Shown piece after piece: positions 20,689-30,189 of a stretch of DNA of 47,953 nucleotides. The translations under genes and the position numbers were made by a program. Source of the DNA: a virus (taxonomy: Duplodnaviria > Heunggongvirae > Uroviricota > Caudoviricetes); IMG/VR virus record IMGVR_UViG_2554235123_000011. One strand, given 5' to 3'. Each line of letters starts with the position of its first letter. The first letter of the stretch is position 1. The notes beneath the pieces are model-generated. The model worked only from the letters and a program-made list of their open reading frames with translations, did not search any database and was not told the origin of the DNA.

Positions 20689-22270
20689 GTGGTGTTGTCT
20701 CCTCTTCCGGCCTGCGACTCTCCGCTATCTGCTGCTGATACGCCTGCGCTATCCACACCGGACGTGAGAGTCCGGCTTTTTCCCGCTCTGCAGATTCCCT
20801 GACCTGCTGGCGGAAAATGTCCTGATAATCCTCGCCCATCAGCGCCAGCTCTTTCTCATACGTGCTCAGTCCGGCCTCAATGCGCATCACTGATTCCTGA
20901 ACCTCCTTGAGCCCGTCAATGGCCATTCTTCCGGCTCCAATCCACTCAGCCCGTGACCAGGCTGATCGCGCCTGATAAAAATCAAAACGTGCCCGTGGCG
21001 GACGAATAATCCCCCGAAGAAGTGCCTCTTCCAGCCAGCAGGAAAACATCTGCGTGGCCAGCCGGGACGCAATAAATTTTCGCCGCCCCATAAAATAGCG
21101 CCACGACTCATTGGCGGATGCGCGGGCACTTGAATAACTGACCTTCGAGTAATCACGGGACAACTGTTCGTAGGAAACGCCAAGACCGGCGGCGATATAC
21201 CGCAGCAGCGCCTGTTCAAGCGCCGAAAATCCATTGTCTGAATCCTGCGCGGTCTGAAGTTTCAGATCATCACCGGGGAAAAGGTGCGGAATTTTGACAC
21301 CGCCCAGCGTCACGCTATTCGTGTCATACCAGGTGGAGAACTTATCCAGAATATTAATAAGCGGATTATCCTTCTGCCCCTGCGGCGCACCGGCGATATA
21401 TTCAAAGGCCTTTTCGGTATCAAGGTCACTTTCAATCGTCGCTGCATACATCGCCTTCACTATGGCCGACTGAAGCTGTGTTGCCTGCAGGGAATCGAGC
21501 ATCTTCAGCCGTTCCATAACGCTGTAAAACTGATTAGCCCCACGGGTCTGCCCGTCCTCCACCGGCTCGAAAATATGCAGCATGGCCGGACGCCCGGTGG
21601 GAAGTTCACGCGGGATCCGTTCCCATCGTCCACTCCCGGAGAACGGAAAATCATCCTCACAGATATGGTACGCAACGGCACGACCATATCGATCGACCTC
21701 CACCCCGGCCCGCAGAAAACGGTTCCCGATACCATGTCCTGGCGTGTCCACCCGTTTCGGACTCACGGCTTTAAAACGCGTACGAAACAGTTGCGTGCTC
21801 TCCGGATCCCAGACCGGCTGCACAAAGATTTCGCCGTTAAACGCATGAACGCCCACACCTTCACGAATAAATTCTGTAAACGTGCGTTTCCCTTCCACGT
21901 CGATCTCGCCAAACACCCCTTCTGCGTATTCTGACCAGGCCGCCTCCACCTCATCGACAAAACTTTTTGTCGCGGTCTCCCGCATCCCCAACCAGCGCCA
22001 GTTCGGGCGGTAGCTGATAAGAAACATATGCCCGACAATGTGATCCTTATGCAGGGCCACCGCATTGGCCGCTATCCCGTTATTGCGCACCAGATCATCT
22101 GCCCGGGCATTCCCCAGACGCAACGCGGGCAGCAGGGCCGCATCGGCACTCTGCGCCGGTGGCAACCACTCCGCCATTTGCCCGCCAAATCCTGCGCCGC
22201 CCCCGTTGTAGCTGAGGCTCTCCCGAAGCGGAACGCCGTTCACATCAATCAGGACAGGCGTTCGTTTCAT
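20678..22270 (-). CDS. B: Portal protein B (530 aa)
   Basis: lambda gpB-like length and position. Confidence 0.95.
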   Translation of the reverse strand: MKRTPVLIDVNGVPLRESLSYNGGGAGFGGQMAEWLPPAQSADAALLPALRLGNARADDLVRNNGIAANAVALHKDHIVGHMFLISYRPNWRWLGMRETATKSFVDEVEAAWSEYAEGVFGEIDVEGKRTFTEFIREGVGVHAFNGEIFVQPVWDPESTQLFRTRFKAVSPKRVDTPGHGIGNRFLRAGVEVDRYGRAVAYHICEDDFPFSGSGRWERIPRELPTGRPAMLHIFEPVEDGQTRGANQFYSVMERLKMLDSLQATQLQSAIVKAMYAATIESDLDTEKAFEYIAGAPQGQKDNPLINILDKFSTWYDTNSVTLGGVKIPHLFPGDDLKLQTAQDSDNGFSALEQALLRYIAAGLGVSYEQLSRDYSKVSYSSARASANESWRYFMGRRKFIASRLATQMFSCWLEEALLRGIIRPPRARFDFYQARSAWSRAEWIGAGRMAIDGLKEVQESVMRIEAGLSTYEKELALMGEDYQDIFRQQVRESAEREKAGLSRPVWIAQAYQQQIAESRRPEEETTPRET

Positions 22271-22473
22271 AACCTCACTCCCAGCGGACGACGGCGACGG
22301 CGGGTTGTCCCCAGTACCAACTCAGCATCATTGATCGCACGGTTAAGCTCATCCAGAGAGGCCGCCGTATATTCAATTCTTCGTCCATCTTTCTGGACAG
22401 ACACCACCCGTTTACCGGTTAATAAATCAAGGCGCGCCTGACGCAGCGCCTGCAGTTCAGCGACTGTAACCAT
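22267..22473 (-). CDS. W: Head-tail joining protein W (68 aa)
   Basis: Same length as lambda gpW. Confidence 0.9.
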   Translation of the reverse strand: MVTVAELQALRQARLDLLTGKRVVSVQKDGRRIEYTAASLDELNRAINDAELVLGTTRRRRRPLGVRL

Positions 22474-24385
22474 TCACTCCTCCGGACAGCTTCGCTGCCA
22501 GTTCTTTAAGGGTTGGCCGGGTCGTCTCTTCTTCCCGGGATTTTGCCAGTACAGCCAGATCAAGCTGCCAGCGTTGCACGGACACACGTAATGCCGCGTA
22601 GGCATACACCAGGCAGTCCAGCGCTTCGTTACGCCGCTTTTTGTTATCCCACAGCAGACGCATCTTTCCTTTTTCCCACTTCTCCACAAGCTCTTCCGCG
22701 ACCAGTTGCTGCGCCTCTGTCTGCGAAAAAATCTCCGGATCATCAGGAAAACGGATGGCATACGACGTGGCTTCATCCGCAGGCGTGGGCTCGGCTTTCA
22801 TACGGGCATAGAGAATTTCTTTTGCGGTGTCCGTCCCCACTTCACACAGATAAACGCCCCGCTGATTGCGGGTTTTCGGCATGGTGATCACCGGCTTGCC
22901 ATAGACAGACGCGCCTTTTACCGGCAGCACACGGAAAACACCGTGTTTTTTTGACCTCTGGTAGACGATTTCACCATCGATCCCCCCGGTGTCCCAGCAG
23001 ACACGGGAAATGGTCATTTCGGTGCCATCCGCATGGCGGTATTTTTTGTTGATCGCCGCATCCACACGTAACAGCGTCTCTTCCTCATCAGGACGCCCCA
23101 TAATGATGATTTTATCCACCAGAAAAGCTTCCTCTCCCGGTGCCCATCCCCAGACATACATCTCAAAACGGTTTCGCTGCGAGTCAATGCCCGCCGTCAG
23201 ATAAACCACCCGGGCAGGCACCGCCGCCGTGTAACGCACAACCTTATCCATCAGCACCTGGTGATCGAGTTTTTCGCCCACGGCCTCTTCCCAGGTCTCG
23301 CCCAGCGTGGTGTTCACAAAGGTTTTCAGGCCGTTGGGATCTTTCAGTGCATCCAGCCAGTCATAGACTATCTGTACCCAGGTGGTGAACGGACTGTACG
23401 CTGTCCAGATATGGAACGTGATGGAGCGCGGCGGCGGAATTTCATTATCCGCGGCGCTGAAAAACGTCAGACCGTCACGGGTCCACATCCCCGTGTTTTC
23501 ACAGATCCACCGCCCGTTGCTCTGGTCAAGCTCAGACTGATGGATCACGCAGCCATGATGTTCACAGAGGTAGAAAACGCTTTCGGGGCTGTCCTTCTCC
23601 CATTTAAGGCCAAAAGGCGTGGATTCATCGCCAAATTTCAGATACTGCTCCTCCCCACAGTGTGGGCAGGGCACATAAAAACGCATGAAATGCGCCGACT
23701 CGTTGGCCGCTTTTTCGATCTGGCAGGTGCCTTTGATTTTAGGCGTCGAGCCGCGAATGGATTTGGGCCATACAGAGCCCTCAATACGTTTATCCCCAAG
23801 CAGGGTTGGCGAACCCTCTTTTTCGACATCCGGTTCGAACGAGGAAAGTTCGTCATAGCAGACCACGTCCACGGATTTTTCACGGTAGTTTTTGGCGGCA
23901 GCGCCGCCCAGGCACCAGAAACCCACACCCGATGAAAAGCGTTTCAGCGTGAGGGTATTGTCACGATGTTTACGCCCCAGCCATGGAAAAAGGTCTTTCA
24001 GACATGGCACATCCCGAATCGTCGCCTCCACGTGAGACTTCATAAAATCTTCAGCGGCAGAATCCGTGGGCTGAAAAAGCAGACTGTTTCGGGATTTATG
24101 CTCAATAAAATACCCGACCACCCCCAGCAACATCTTTGTATAGCCAACACGGGCAGATTTAATCAGATTAACAGTCCGGATCTGATCATTCCCCATGCTG
24201 TTCATGATGGCGATCTGGAACGGCAGCGTTTTCCATTCTCCCTCACCATATGAAGATTCTTTAGGCAGATAATAATTTTGATCAGCCCATTCAACTGGCG
24301 TCACCGGCAATGCCCTTATCAGGGGCTGTAATGCTGTTGTGACAGCACTCATCATATTATTCAGTTGTTGCTCTGATATATTCAT
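22457..24385 (-). CDS. A: Terminase large subunit A (~642 aa from MNISEQQ...)
   Basis: lambda gpA-like throughout as remembered (e.g. CPHCGEEQYLKFGD, WTAYSPFTTWVQIV). Confidence 0.95.
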   Translation of the reverse strand: MNISEQQLNNMMSAVTTALQPLIRALPVTPVEWADQNYYLPKESSYGEGEWKTLPFQIAIMNSMGNDQIRTVNLIKSARVGYTKMLLGVVGYFIEHKSRNSLLFQPTDSAAEDFMKSHVEATIRDVPCLKDLFPWLGRKHRDNTLTLKRFSSGVGFWCLGGAAAKNYREKSVDVVCYDELSSFEPDVEKEGSPTLLGDKRIEGSVWPKSIRGSTPKIKGTCQIEKAANESAHFMRFYVPCPHCGEEQYLKFGDESTPFGLKWEKDSPESVFYLCEHHGCVIHQSELDQSNGRWICENTGMWTRDGLTFFSAADNEIPPPRSITFHIWTAYSPFTTWVQIVYDWLDALKDPNGLKTFVNTTLGETWEEAVGEKLDHQVLMDKVVRYTAAVPARVVYLTAGIDSQRNRFEMYVWGWAPGEEAFLVDKIIIMGRPDEEETLLRVDAAINKKYRHADGTEMTISRVCWDTGGIDGEIVYQRSKKHGVFRVLPVKGASVYGKPVITMPKTRNQRGVYLCEVGTDTAKEILYARMKAEPTPADEATSYAIRFPDDPEIFSQTEAQQLVAEELVEKWEKGKMRLLWDNKKRRNEALDCLVYAYAALRVSVQRWQLDLAVLAKSREEETTRPTLKELAAKLSGGVNGYSR

Positions 24386-24866
24386 CGAGTAAATCCGGTA
24401 ATTTATCCCCCGCCCGCGCACACTGATTTGCCCCCTTCGCAATAAGGGTTTTCAGATGGTCAAGATGGCGCGGTGTTAAATCAGGAAACTGTCGCTGCAT
24501 GGATAAAGGGATGGAATCAAGCGTACTGGATAACGCCATTGCCAGCTTGCTGAGGGCAAAAATACAGAACCCGGTATCAATAAGTTTTCCTTTTGACACC
24601 TCATTTTTTAACTGCTGTGTAACAGCCTGTTCTGCTGTCAGTTCCCATCTGGCAATAAGCAATTTCTCCTCATAGTCGTCTTCGCTATCGCCATCAGGCA
24701 CATCGTTTTTACTTCTTCTCAGATACGATATGTAAAAATCGCGCCAGGCATCCAGATCCAGTTGCCCTCGCTTATTCGATATCGGGGCACCCGGCAATTT
24801 CTGCAATCTGCGAAGCTGGCGATCGGTCAGACTTAAATGCCTGGCAACTTCAGTCTGCGTAGCCAC
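24357..24866 (-). CDS. nu1: Terminase small subunit Nu1 (169 aa, N-terminal HTH)
   Basis: Position between cos and A; HTH at N-terminus; C-terminus ...LPDLLDEYIRATTE resembles lambda Nu1. Confidence 0.8.
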   Translation of the reverse strand: MATQTEVARHLSLTDRQLRRLQKLPGAPISNKRGQLDLDAWRDFYISYLRRSKNDVPDGDSEDDYEEKLLIARWELTAEQAVTQQLKNEVSKGKLIDTGFCIFALSKLAMALSSTLDSIPLSMQRQFPDLTPRHLDHLKTLIAKGANQCARAGDKLPDLLDEYIRATTE

Positions 24867-25020
24867 TCCTCACCTCGCAAAAACTCTCACTTCACAATCA
24901 CAACAAAACCGGTCATGTCCGGCTTACATGTCTATTTTTTGTGCATGTCCGGTTCACAGAAGACCTCTTTTTTTATTTTTCATATAGTTAACTTGAAGAG
25001 AAACCGGACATGGTTCCCGG

Positions 25021-25065
25021 AAAATTTTCATAAATAGCGAAAACCCGCGAGGTCGCCGCCCCGTA
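25021..25065 (-). other. cos site: cosN with the 12-nt lambda cohesive-end sequence GGGCGGCGACCT (25050..25061) and adjacent cosB-side sequence
   Basis: Minus strand reads ATCCAACAGGTTACG-GGGCGGCGACCT-CGCGGGTTTTCGCTATTTATGAAAATTTTCCGG, matching the lambda cos junction as remembered. Confidence 0.85.
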
Positions 25066-25209
25066 ACCTGTTGGATCGACGGAAAGGACCCGAAAACGAG
25101 AATAATTATCACTTACAGCAAGAATCGAATCTGATCTATTATGGTGCTTGCTATTATGTGCCGGCACAAGTGCGTCGTTTACCGTCATTTCACACAGAGG
25201 CATCATCAA

Positions 25210-25461
25210 ATGAAAATCAGAAATATTCTCGCTATCTCCCTTGCAACATCATCCTTCAGTTGCCTGGCATTTAAATCCTCGCCCAATGTGCTACCAGGAC
25301 CAACGAATCAACTAACTGCGGTAGAAAGTAAAATTATCGGACATTTTTATGCCCCACACAGTGCATTACCCGGAACAACCATCACAGGGACATGTGACGC
25401 CTCCCCCGTCCCGGGATGCACCTGTCCGTTTTGTACTATGCTGCGTAGCCAAAACCGATAA
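25210..25461 (+). CDS. Hypothetical small Cys-rich protein with signal-peptide-like N-terminus (83 aa)
   Basis: ATG at 25210 with upstream GAGG; MKIRNILAISLATSSFSCLA...; no recognised domain. Confidence 0.3.
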   Translation: MKIRNILAISLATSSFSCLAFKSSPNVLPGPTNQLTAVESKIIGHFYAPHSALPGTTITGTCDASPVPGCTCPFCTMLRSQNR

Positions 25462-25522
25462 CATCCGCATTTACCTGGTATTACATGATGAGTTCACGCA
25501 GCGACTGATAGAGGAAGGAAAG

Positions 25523-25702
25523 ATGGTTAGTAAAAGCAAGGCGCATTGCCGCCGCATGCTGCAGGCATTGCAACAGACGAGAGCAGGTATTTTTGACCAG
25601 TTGGAAAACTGCCAGCATACTTTGCCCGAGTATATCGCCATCTCATCGGAAACCAGTGCAACTCTTATTCATCGGGTTCCACCAGAGAAAAAGAAGAAAT
25701 GA
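25523..25702 (+). CDS. Hypothetical protein (59 aa)
   Basis: Strong SD (GGAGGAAGGA) 5-8 nt upstream of ATG 25523. Confidence 0.35.
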   Translation: MVSKSKAHCRRMLQALQQTRAGIFDQLENCQHTLPEYIAISSETSATLIHRVPPEKKKK

Positions 25703-25824
25703 ACAGTGAGGCGTTGTGTGGCATACAACGCCTTCTTCCATCATTCCTCGTCAGCCATGACAAAAATATAACCGCTGGCTCTTTCATTTTTCTCCTGCGT
25801 CCAGCCCCTCTCTACCTGGAAGCA

Positions 25825-26151
25825 TCAAGGACGTGACGGCGTAAAGATAAATTGTCTCTTCACTCCCTGACAGGGGCGATTCTTTTCAAATCGCCATTTC
25901 GCCATGGCCTTCACCACTTCATCACGAAACAAATTATGAGGCTCTGAGCGGAGAAAAACGATCCGTGTCACAGTCCCATCAGCACCAATATCGAACTTAA
26001 CCTCAACCAGCCCCTTGATATAATTTGCTGCAGCATATTCCGGATATCGTGGATACACCGTCACTAATTGCCGGGGCTCATCAGCTTTTTGCTGCGAGCA
26101 TCCCACTGCCAGGACAGATAACAGAAAAAGTAGTAAAAGGCGTCTTTTCAT
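25825..26151 (-). CDS. Lipoprotein with TonB C-terminal-like domain (108 aa)
   Basis: Lipobox LAVGC after MKRRLLLLFLLSV; YPRYPEYAAANYIKGLVEVKFDIGADGTV...FRDEVVKAMAKWRF aligns by eye to the TonB C-terminal domain; SD AGGAA upstream. Confidence 0.7.
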   Translation of the reverse strand: MKRRLLLLFLLSVLAVGCSQQKADEPRQLVTVYPRYPEYAAANYIKGLVEVKFDIGADGTVTRIVFLRSEPHNLFRDEVVKAMAKWRFEKNRPCQGVKRQFIFTPSRP

Positions 26152-26461
26152 TTTTATTCCTACGGGTCTTATTCTGACAATATATCCTGTGTTCCAGACT
26201 GCCACATCACCACATCCTGTGCCATTATCTGACTCACATTACATACATCGCATCGGGATACAGTAGTAGCACTTTCTGTAATACAGCTTCCTGTTTCTTC
26301 CACCATCGCACCGGGATAAACCCGCGAATCATTAACGCGGTAAAAACCCGGTGTGCATCGTTTTTAATTATCCCCGCACACTCGCGCAGAGGAGTCTCCC
26401 TGTCGGGCTGCGGTCTCTGTTAATGAGGGAATATAGCGACGATACGGCGCATCAACAAAAC

Positions 26462-26920
26462 TTATTTCAGGCACTGAGTGCGGATATAGTCCTGTGCCCC
26501 TTCCAGTTGCTTGTGCATCGTCATCAGCCGCTCTCTGAGGGTGAAATAATCCCGTGTAACGGTGTCTGCCAGTTGGGGGCCGGTTGCATTATCCACGCCG
26601 GAGGTGGTGGGGGCTTCACGCACGGAGCCTGGACAGGTGGCGTTGATCCGCAGGCGCTTACGACCAGCGGCAACGTCAGCGCGAAGAGTTTCATTTTCAG
26701 CTCTCGCATCGGCTAATTCCCTCGAGTATTTTGCATCGAGCGCAGCAACATCGCGCTGGCGCACCTGCATATCAGTAATGGTTGCGTTCGCCAGCTTCAG
26801 TTCACTGGCTTTGTTATCGCGCTGCGCTTTGTAGGTAATCGCGTTATCACGGTAATGGTCTGTTGCCATCCACAGCGCACCACAGGCCACCAGCAGAATA
26901 ACGATAAACGCGGAAAGCAT
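26462..26920 (-). CDS. Rz: Spanin inner-membrane subunit Rz (~152 aa)
   Basis: ...[14 protein letters not shown]...[29 protein letters not shown]... lambda Rz-like. Confidence 0.9.
   Translation of the reverse strand: MLSAFIVILLVACGALWMATDHYRDNAITYKAQRDNKASELKLANATITDMQVRQRDVAALDAKYSRELADARAENETLRADVAAGRKRLRINATCPGSVREAPTTSGVDNATGPQLADTVTRDYFTLRERLMTMHKQLEGAQDYIRTQCLK
26524..26709 (-). CDS. Rz1: Spanin outer-membrane lipoprotein Rz1, embedded in Rz in the +1 frame
   Basis: [17 protein letters not shown]...[30 protein letters not shown], lambda Rz1-like Pro-rich lipoprotein. Confidence 0.8.
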   Translation of the reverse strand: MRELKMKLFALTLPLVVSACGSTPPVQAPCVKPPPPPAWIMQPAPNWQTPLHGIISPSESG

Positions 26921-26931
26921 TCGGTTTATGT

Positions 26932-27063
26932 TCACCCCAGCAACCCCGACGAAGACAACATCATCCAGGCCATGGAAAGAAAAAGAGCAACCAGCATTAG
27001 TGAAAATGAAATGCCGACAATTACACAGAGGATCTTCGCCAGCGTTATGAGTTTGTCTGACAT
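26932..27063 (-). CDS. Small hydrophobic peptide (43 aa, one predicted TM helix) between R and Rz
   Basis: Strong SD AGGGAGGA before ATG 27063; [43 protein letters not shown]. Confidence 0.4.
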   Translation of the reverse strand: MSDKLITLAKILCVIVGISFSLMLVALFLSMAWMMLSSSGLLG

Positions 27064-27077
27064 GCTTAATCCTCCCT

Positions 27078-27260
27078 TCACGATTTCAACGCAATGACCA
27101 GTTTTGCCAGCCCATACAGCATCGGGGACACAGCAACACCGACCGCCACCCACTTAATGGCAAAAGCCAGTGCTCTGCTGATGTCATCAGTTACAGGCGC
27201 TTTCAGTTCAAGGCCATTTTTCATAGTCAACCTCAACAGAATTCGTTTACACTTCGCCAT
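27078..27260 (-). CDS. Small membrane protein (60 aa, C-terminal TM helix) between R and Rz
   Basis: SD AGGGAGA before ATG 27260; [60 protein letters not shown]. Confidence 0.4.
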   Translation of the reverse strand: MAKCKRILLRLTMKNGLELKAPVTDDISRALAFAIKWVAVGVAVSPMLYGLAKLVIALKS

Positions 27261-27416
27261 GTTCTCCCTTGCCTTACTCAAGGTCAGAAACACAAAACCT
27301 CGCTTGGTGCCAACAAACGGGGTTTTTACTTTTATTCACTTACGTTTCGCCAGTTCGCAGGATTTCGTGTTATCCGCCCGCGTGGCCATTCCTCATTTTT
27401 CAGCAAAATATTCTGC

Positions 27417-27950
27417 TTATCTGTCGATACCCCAGCACGCCAGCGCGCTCTCCTGGTCACGACGGGATACCTGACCGTAACAGTTGTTTGAACGAATACG
27501 GCAGTCTCTGCCACCGTCCTTAATCCACCAGCGAATCGCTTCGCAGGCACCTTTTCGATCACCAGCATTAATTCGTCTGTAAAACGTCGACGGGAAACAC
27601 TTACCGGGACCAATGTTGTACGGACAGAATGACGCGATCCCCGCTTTCTGGGGTTCGGTCAGCGGCACTCTGATGTTTTTCTCCACCCACGCCAGCGCTT
27701 TATCACGCTCAATGGCGTTAACCTGGTCGCATTTTTCCTTCGACAACTTCATGCCCGGAACGACAGGTTTGCCATCCACCATGATGGCACCACGGCAGAT
27801 GGTCCAGATACCTGCACCATCACGGTATGCCGTGGTGTGGTTGCCTTCCTTTTCATCCAGAAACTGGTCGAGAATGTCAGGCGCAGGCGCACCAGCGGCA
27901 ATCAGCGCCAGAACGGCAGCCGACAGGCCGTATTTGATTTTGGTGTTCAT
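27417..27950 (-). CDS. R: SAR endolysin (T4-lysozyme-type, GH24) R
   Basis: Gly/Ala-rich signal-anchor-release N-terminus YGLSAAVLALIAAGAPA; catalytic E-8aa-D-5aa-T spacing (EGNHTTAYRDGAGIWT). Confidence 0.85.
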   Translation of the reverse strand: MNTKIKYGLSAAVLALIAAGAPAPDILDQFLDEKEGNHTTAYRDGAGIWTICRGAIMVDGKPVVPGMKLSKEKCDQVNAIERDKALAWVEKNIRVPLTEPQKAGIASFCPYNIGPGKCFPSTFYRRINAGDRKGACEAIRWWIKDGGRDCRIRSNNCYGQVSRRDQESALACWGIDR

Positions 27951-27986
27951 GGATATATTAAATATTCAGCCGCTGTCCCTGGCCCA

Positions 27987-28880
27987 CTAAATACGCACTT
28001 TAAGATAAGTCAGCCCCGGATGAAGCCAGTAAGCCGGCCCTTTTTTAAAGGGTGGAGTATTAAAATCACGAAGAAGAGCCTCCCGCACAATTGCATCCTT
28101 ATCAGCACCACTGGCCAGCGCTTCAATCTCAGCGGCTACCTGAAGATATCCCATGCAACGGCCAACGCGCTTCATCAGCCCCTGCTTTTTATTGTTCTTC
28201 AGGTAATCAATGGCAAATTCAATGAGCTCCTCACTGTGCTGGTGCGATGGAGGTGTTACTTTCCCATTTTCTGAGATGGTTATTTTCCCAGCATCACCGG
28301 ATACAACAAAGGATGGCCGGTTACACTCCCATTCCGGGTCACTGAAATTATCATTATGAATACTGAAACACTCTGCGAGATTTCTGCTCATCACTTTCCG
28401 ACAATAATCGTCAAACGCAGCAAACTGCTTTTCATCGCCAGAAGGCACCAATATCGACCATTTCTTATTCAGCTCAACGACGTAGCTCTCCAGTTTTTCA
28501 ATACGTGATTCAACATCATCTTTTTCTGACCGCAGTGTTGACGGCGGCATCTTCAGAGAACAAGTAATTCTTCCCGGTAGCTTTCCTTTGTAGGTTATCA
28601 ACACATCCTGCGCCTCTAAAATTACGGGGCGCTTTTCCGGCAACGGTTCGTTCCATTCACATAACCCGGCAGCAACATCCATGAAAAACTGCTTCGCCTG
28701 CTTTTTCGCCTCAGCTTCGTAAAACTCCAGCGTGGCACCTTCAGTACGGTCAAGACTAATCGCCACATCTGGCAACAACAGCGACGCTTGCCCGTCACCT
28801 TCCGACTTCACAGTAACAGTAACCTTATCCCCGTAATTATTTATCCCCTTAACAACCAGTTCATATTTTTTATTCATCAC
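27987..28880 (-). CDS. Hypothetical protein (297 aa) inserted between pinholin and endolysin
   Basis: Long ORF with start abutting the S stop; no recognised motif. Confidence 0.6.
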   Translation of the reverse strand: MMNKKYELVVKGINNYGDKVTVTVKSEGDGQASLLLPDVAISLDRTEGATLEFYEAEAKKQAKQFFMDVAAGLCEWNEPLPEKRPVILEAQDVLITYKGKLPGRITCSLKMPPSTLRSEKDDVESRIEKLESYVVELNKKWSILVPSGDEKQFAAFDDYCRKVMSRNLAECFSIHNDNFSDPEWECNRPSFVVSGDAGKITISENGKVTPPSHQHSEELIEFAIDYLKNNKKQGLMKRVGRCMGYLQVAAEIEALASGADKDAIVREALLRDFNTPPFKKGPAYWLHPGLTYLKVRI

Positions 28881-28881
28881 T

Positions 28882-29097
28882 TTACTCTCCCCGCGCCGCC
28901 TTACGCCGGTCCTCTTTGATTTTGAAATACAGGTTAGTCAGATATGTCAGCAGCCCAAACAGCAGACTCCCCAGCACGCCTATTGCCGCCCACTGAGACG
29001 GGGAAACCCTGTCCAGCAACTGCAGGAACCAGTAGCCCGTTCCCACCGCTGACGTGGTGTATGACACACCTGTTGTGATTTTTTCCATCTGGTACAT
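28882..29097 (-). CDS. S: Pinholin S (phage 21 S21-like, 71 aa) with dual-start motif
   Basis: [10 protein letters not shown]...[41 protein letters not shown]; Met1 and Met4 dual starts; same length as S21. Confidence 0.85.
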   Translation of the reverse strand: MYQMEKITTGVSYTTSAVGTGYWFLQLLDRVSPSQWAAIGVLGSLLFGLLTYLTNLYFKIKEDRRKAARGE

Positions 29098-29404
29098 ACC
29101 CCGTCTCCCGTTATCCGGAAGCTGACAACAATAAAAAAGCCACCAGTTAAGTACTGATGGCTCTGATAACTCATGCAGGCGTCTCAGACGACCCACTGAC
29201 ACTACCGGTGAGTTTAACGATACCTTCCATTTGACTGGCTCACTTTTTATGATGATGCCGGTGCATTTATCTCCAGCACCAGACTTTCTATCTCAACGCC
29301 ATACGTTGCATTTTTGGTAATATCCGTCAGCGTCAGTGCATTTAGTCCCACTGCCAGACCGTCTTTTATGGCCTGGAATGCCGGGCCAGTACGATGACGT
29401 AGTA

Positions 29405-29608
29405 TCACTCCGGCTCAGTTGCACCACTGACCACCACATCACCTTCTGCTGCAATCGCCTGCATCAGGGTATAAGGGGTTATGGCCACCGGACTACCAAA
29501 CGGCTGCCAGCCCTCTTTCAGTTTATGTGTCAGCTTTTCCGCAAGATCTGACGGCGACGCCGCCCTGACAACATCATAGTGTTTAAATGCCATGGTTCTT
29601 TCCACCAT
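29405..29608 (-). CDS. Small conserved prophage protein (67 aa), possibly the N-terminal remnant of a larger gene
   Basis: ORF upstream of the holin; an overlapping downstream frame encodes a further protein-like 45-50 aa. Confidence 0.45.
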   Translation of the reverse strand: MVERTMAFKHYDVVRAASPSDLAEKLTHKLKEGWQPFGSPVAITPYTLMQAIAAEGDVVVSGATEPE

Positions 29609-29853
29609 CTGAAAAATGATTCTTTAAAATACCTGACATGTAATACAGAAAAAACACAAAACCATACCTTAAATAAAAACCTCATCATCAAGCAGATATG
29701 CATGGATAAACTACAAGACGAGATATAAACCACCCTGCATTTAAATAAACAATAAACAACATCAGAAAAATAATTCTGCTCTATGGTTTACAATCAAAAA
29801 TATCATTTATACTTTTCAGAACATCACCAGCAAGGCATAAACAAGGAAACTAA

Positions 29854-30189
29854 ATGAAGTGGATTGTGATTGATACAGTTATCCAGCCATCATGCGGAAT
29901 ATCTTTTTCAGTCATATGGAGTAAAATAAAATTAATAATCTGGTATCAATCGGATGCTTTCTTACCTCCTGAAAGTATATTTACACTGACTCACACAGGT
30001 ATCATGCTCAATAACAAAGTGCTACCTGTAACCATTTACAACGTAGTACCATTCAATAAAACATTCTGGAATTTAATCAAAAACAGCCAGGAATGCCCTA
30101 CAAATACAGATAACGTATTGAATGAATGCTTTAATAACCGTTGCACTCTGCAAATATGTCCTTATGGGCTAAAACAACAAAGTCCATAA
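29854..30189 (+). CDS. Hypothetical AT-rich ORF (111 aa) oriented against the late operon
   Basis: Low-GC ORF with AAGGA SD; promoter-like GTTTAC...TATACT upstream (about 29787..29820). Confidence 0.35.
   Translation: MKWIVIDTVIQPSCGISFSVIWSKIKLIIWYQSDAFLPPESIFTLTHTGIMLNNKVLPVTIYNVVPFNKTFWNLIKNSQECPTNTDNVLNECFNNRCTLQICPYGLKQQSP

Noticed and set aside
19425-22065. Opposite-strand and alternative-frame ORFs within C and B (e.g. 19972..20673, 21284..21934)
   Set aside because: Fully embedded in well-supported head genes; no SD; typical antisense ORFs of GC-rich coding DNA
27094-27474. 126-aa plus-strand ORF across the R-Rz spacer
   Set aside because: Antisense to the two SD-preceded small genes and to the R 3' end; no RBS; low-complexity Ser/Ala-rich translation
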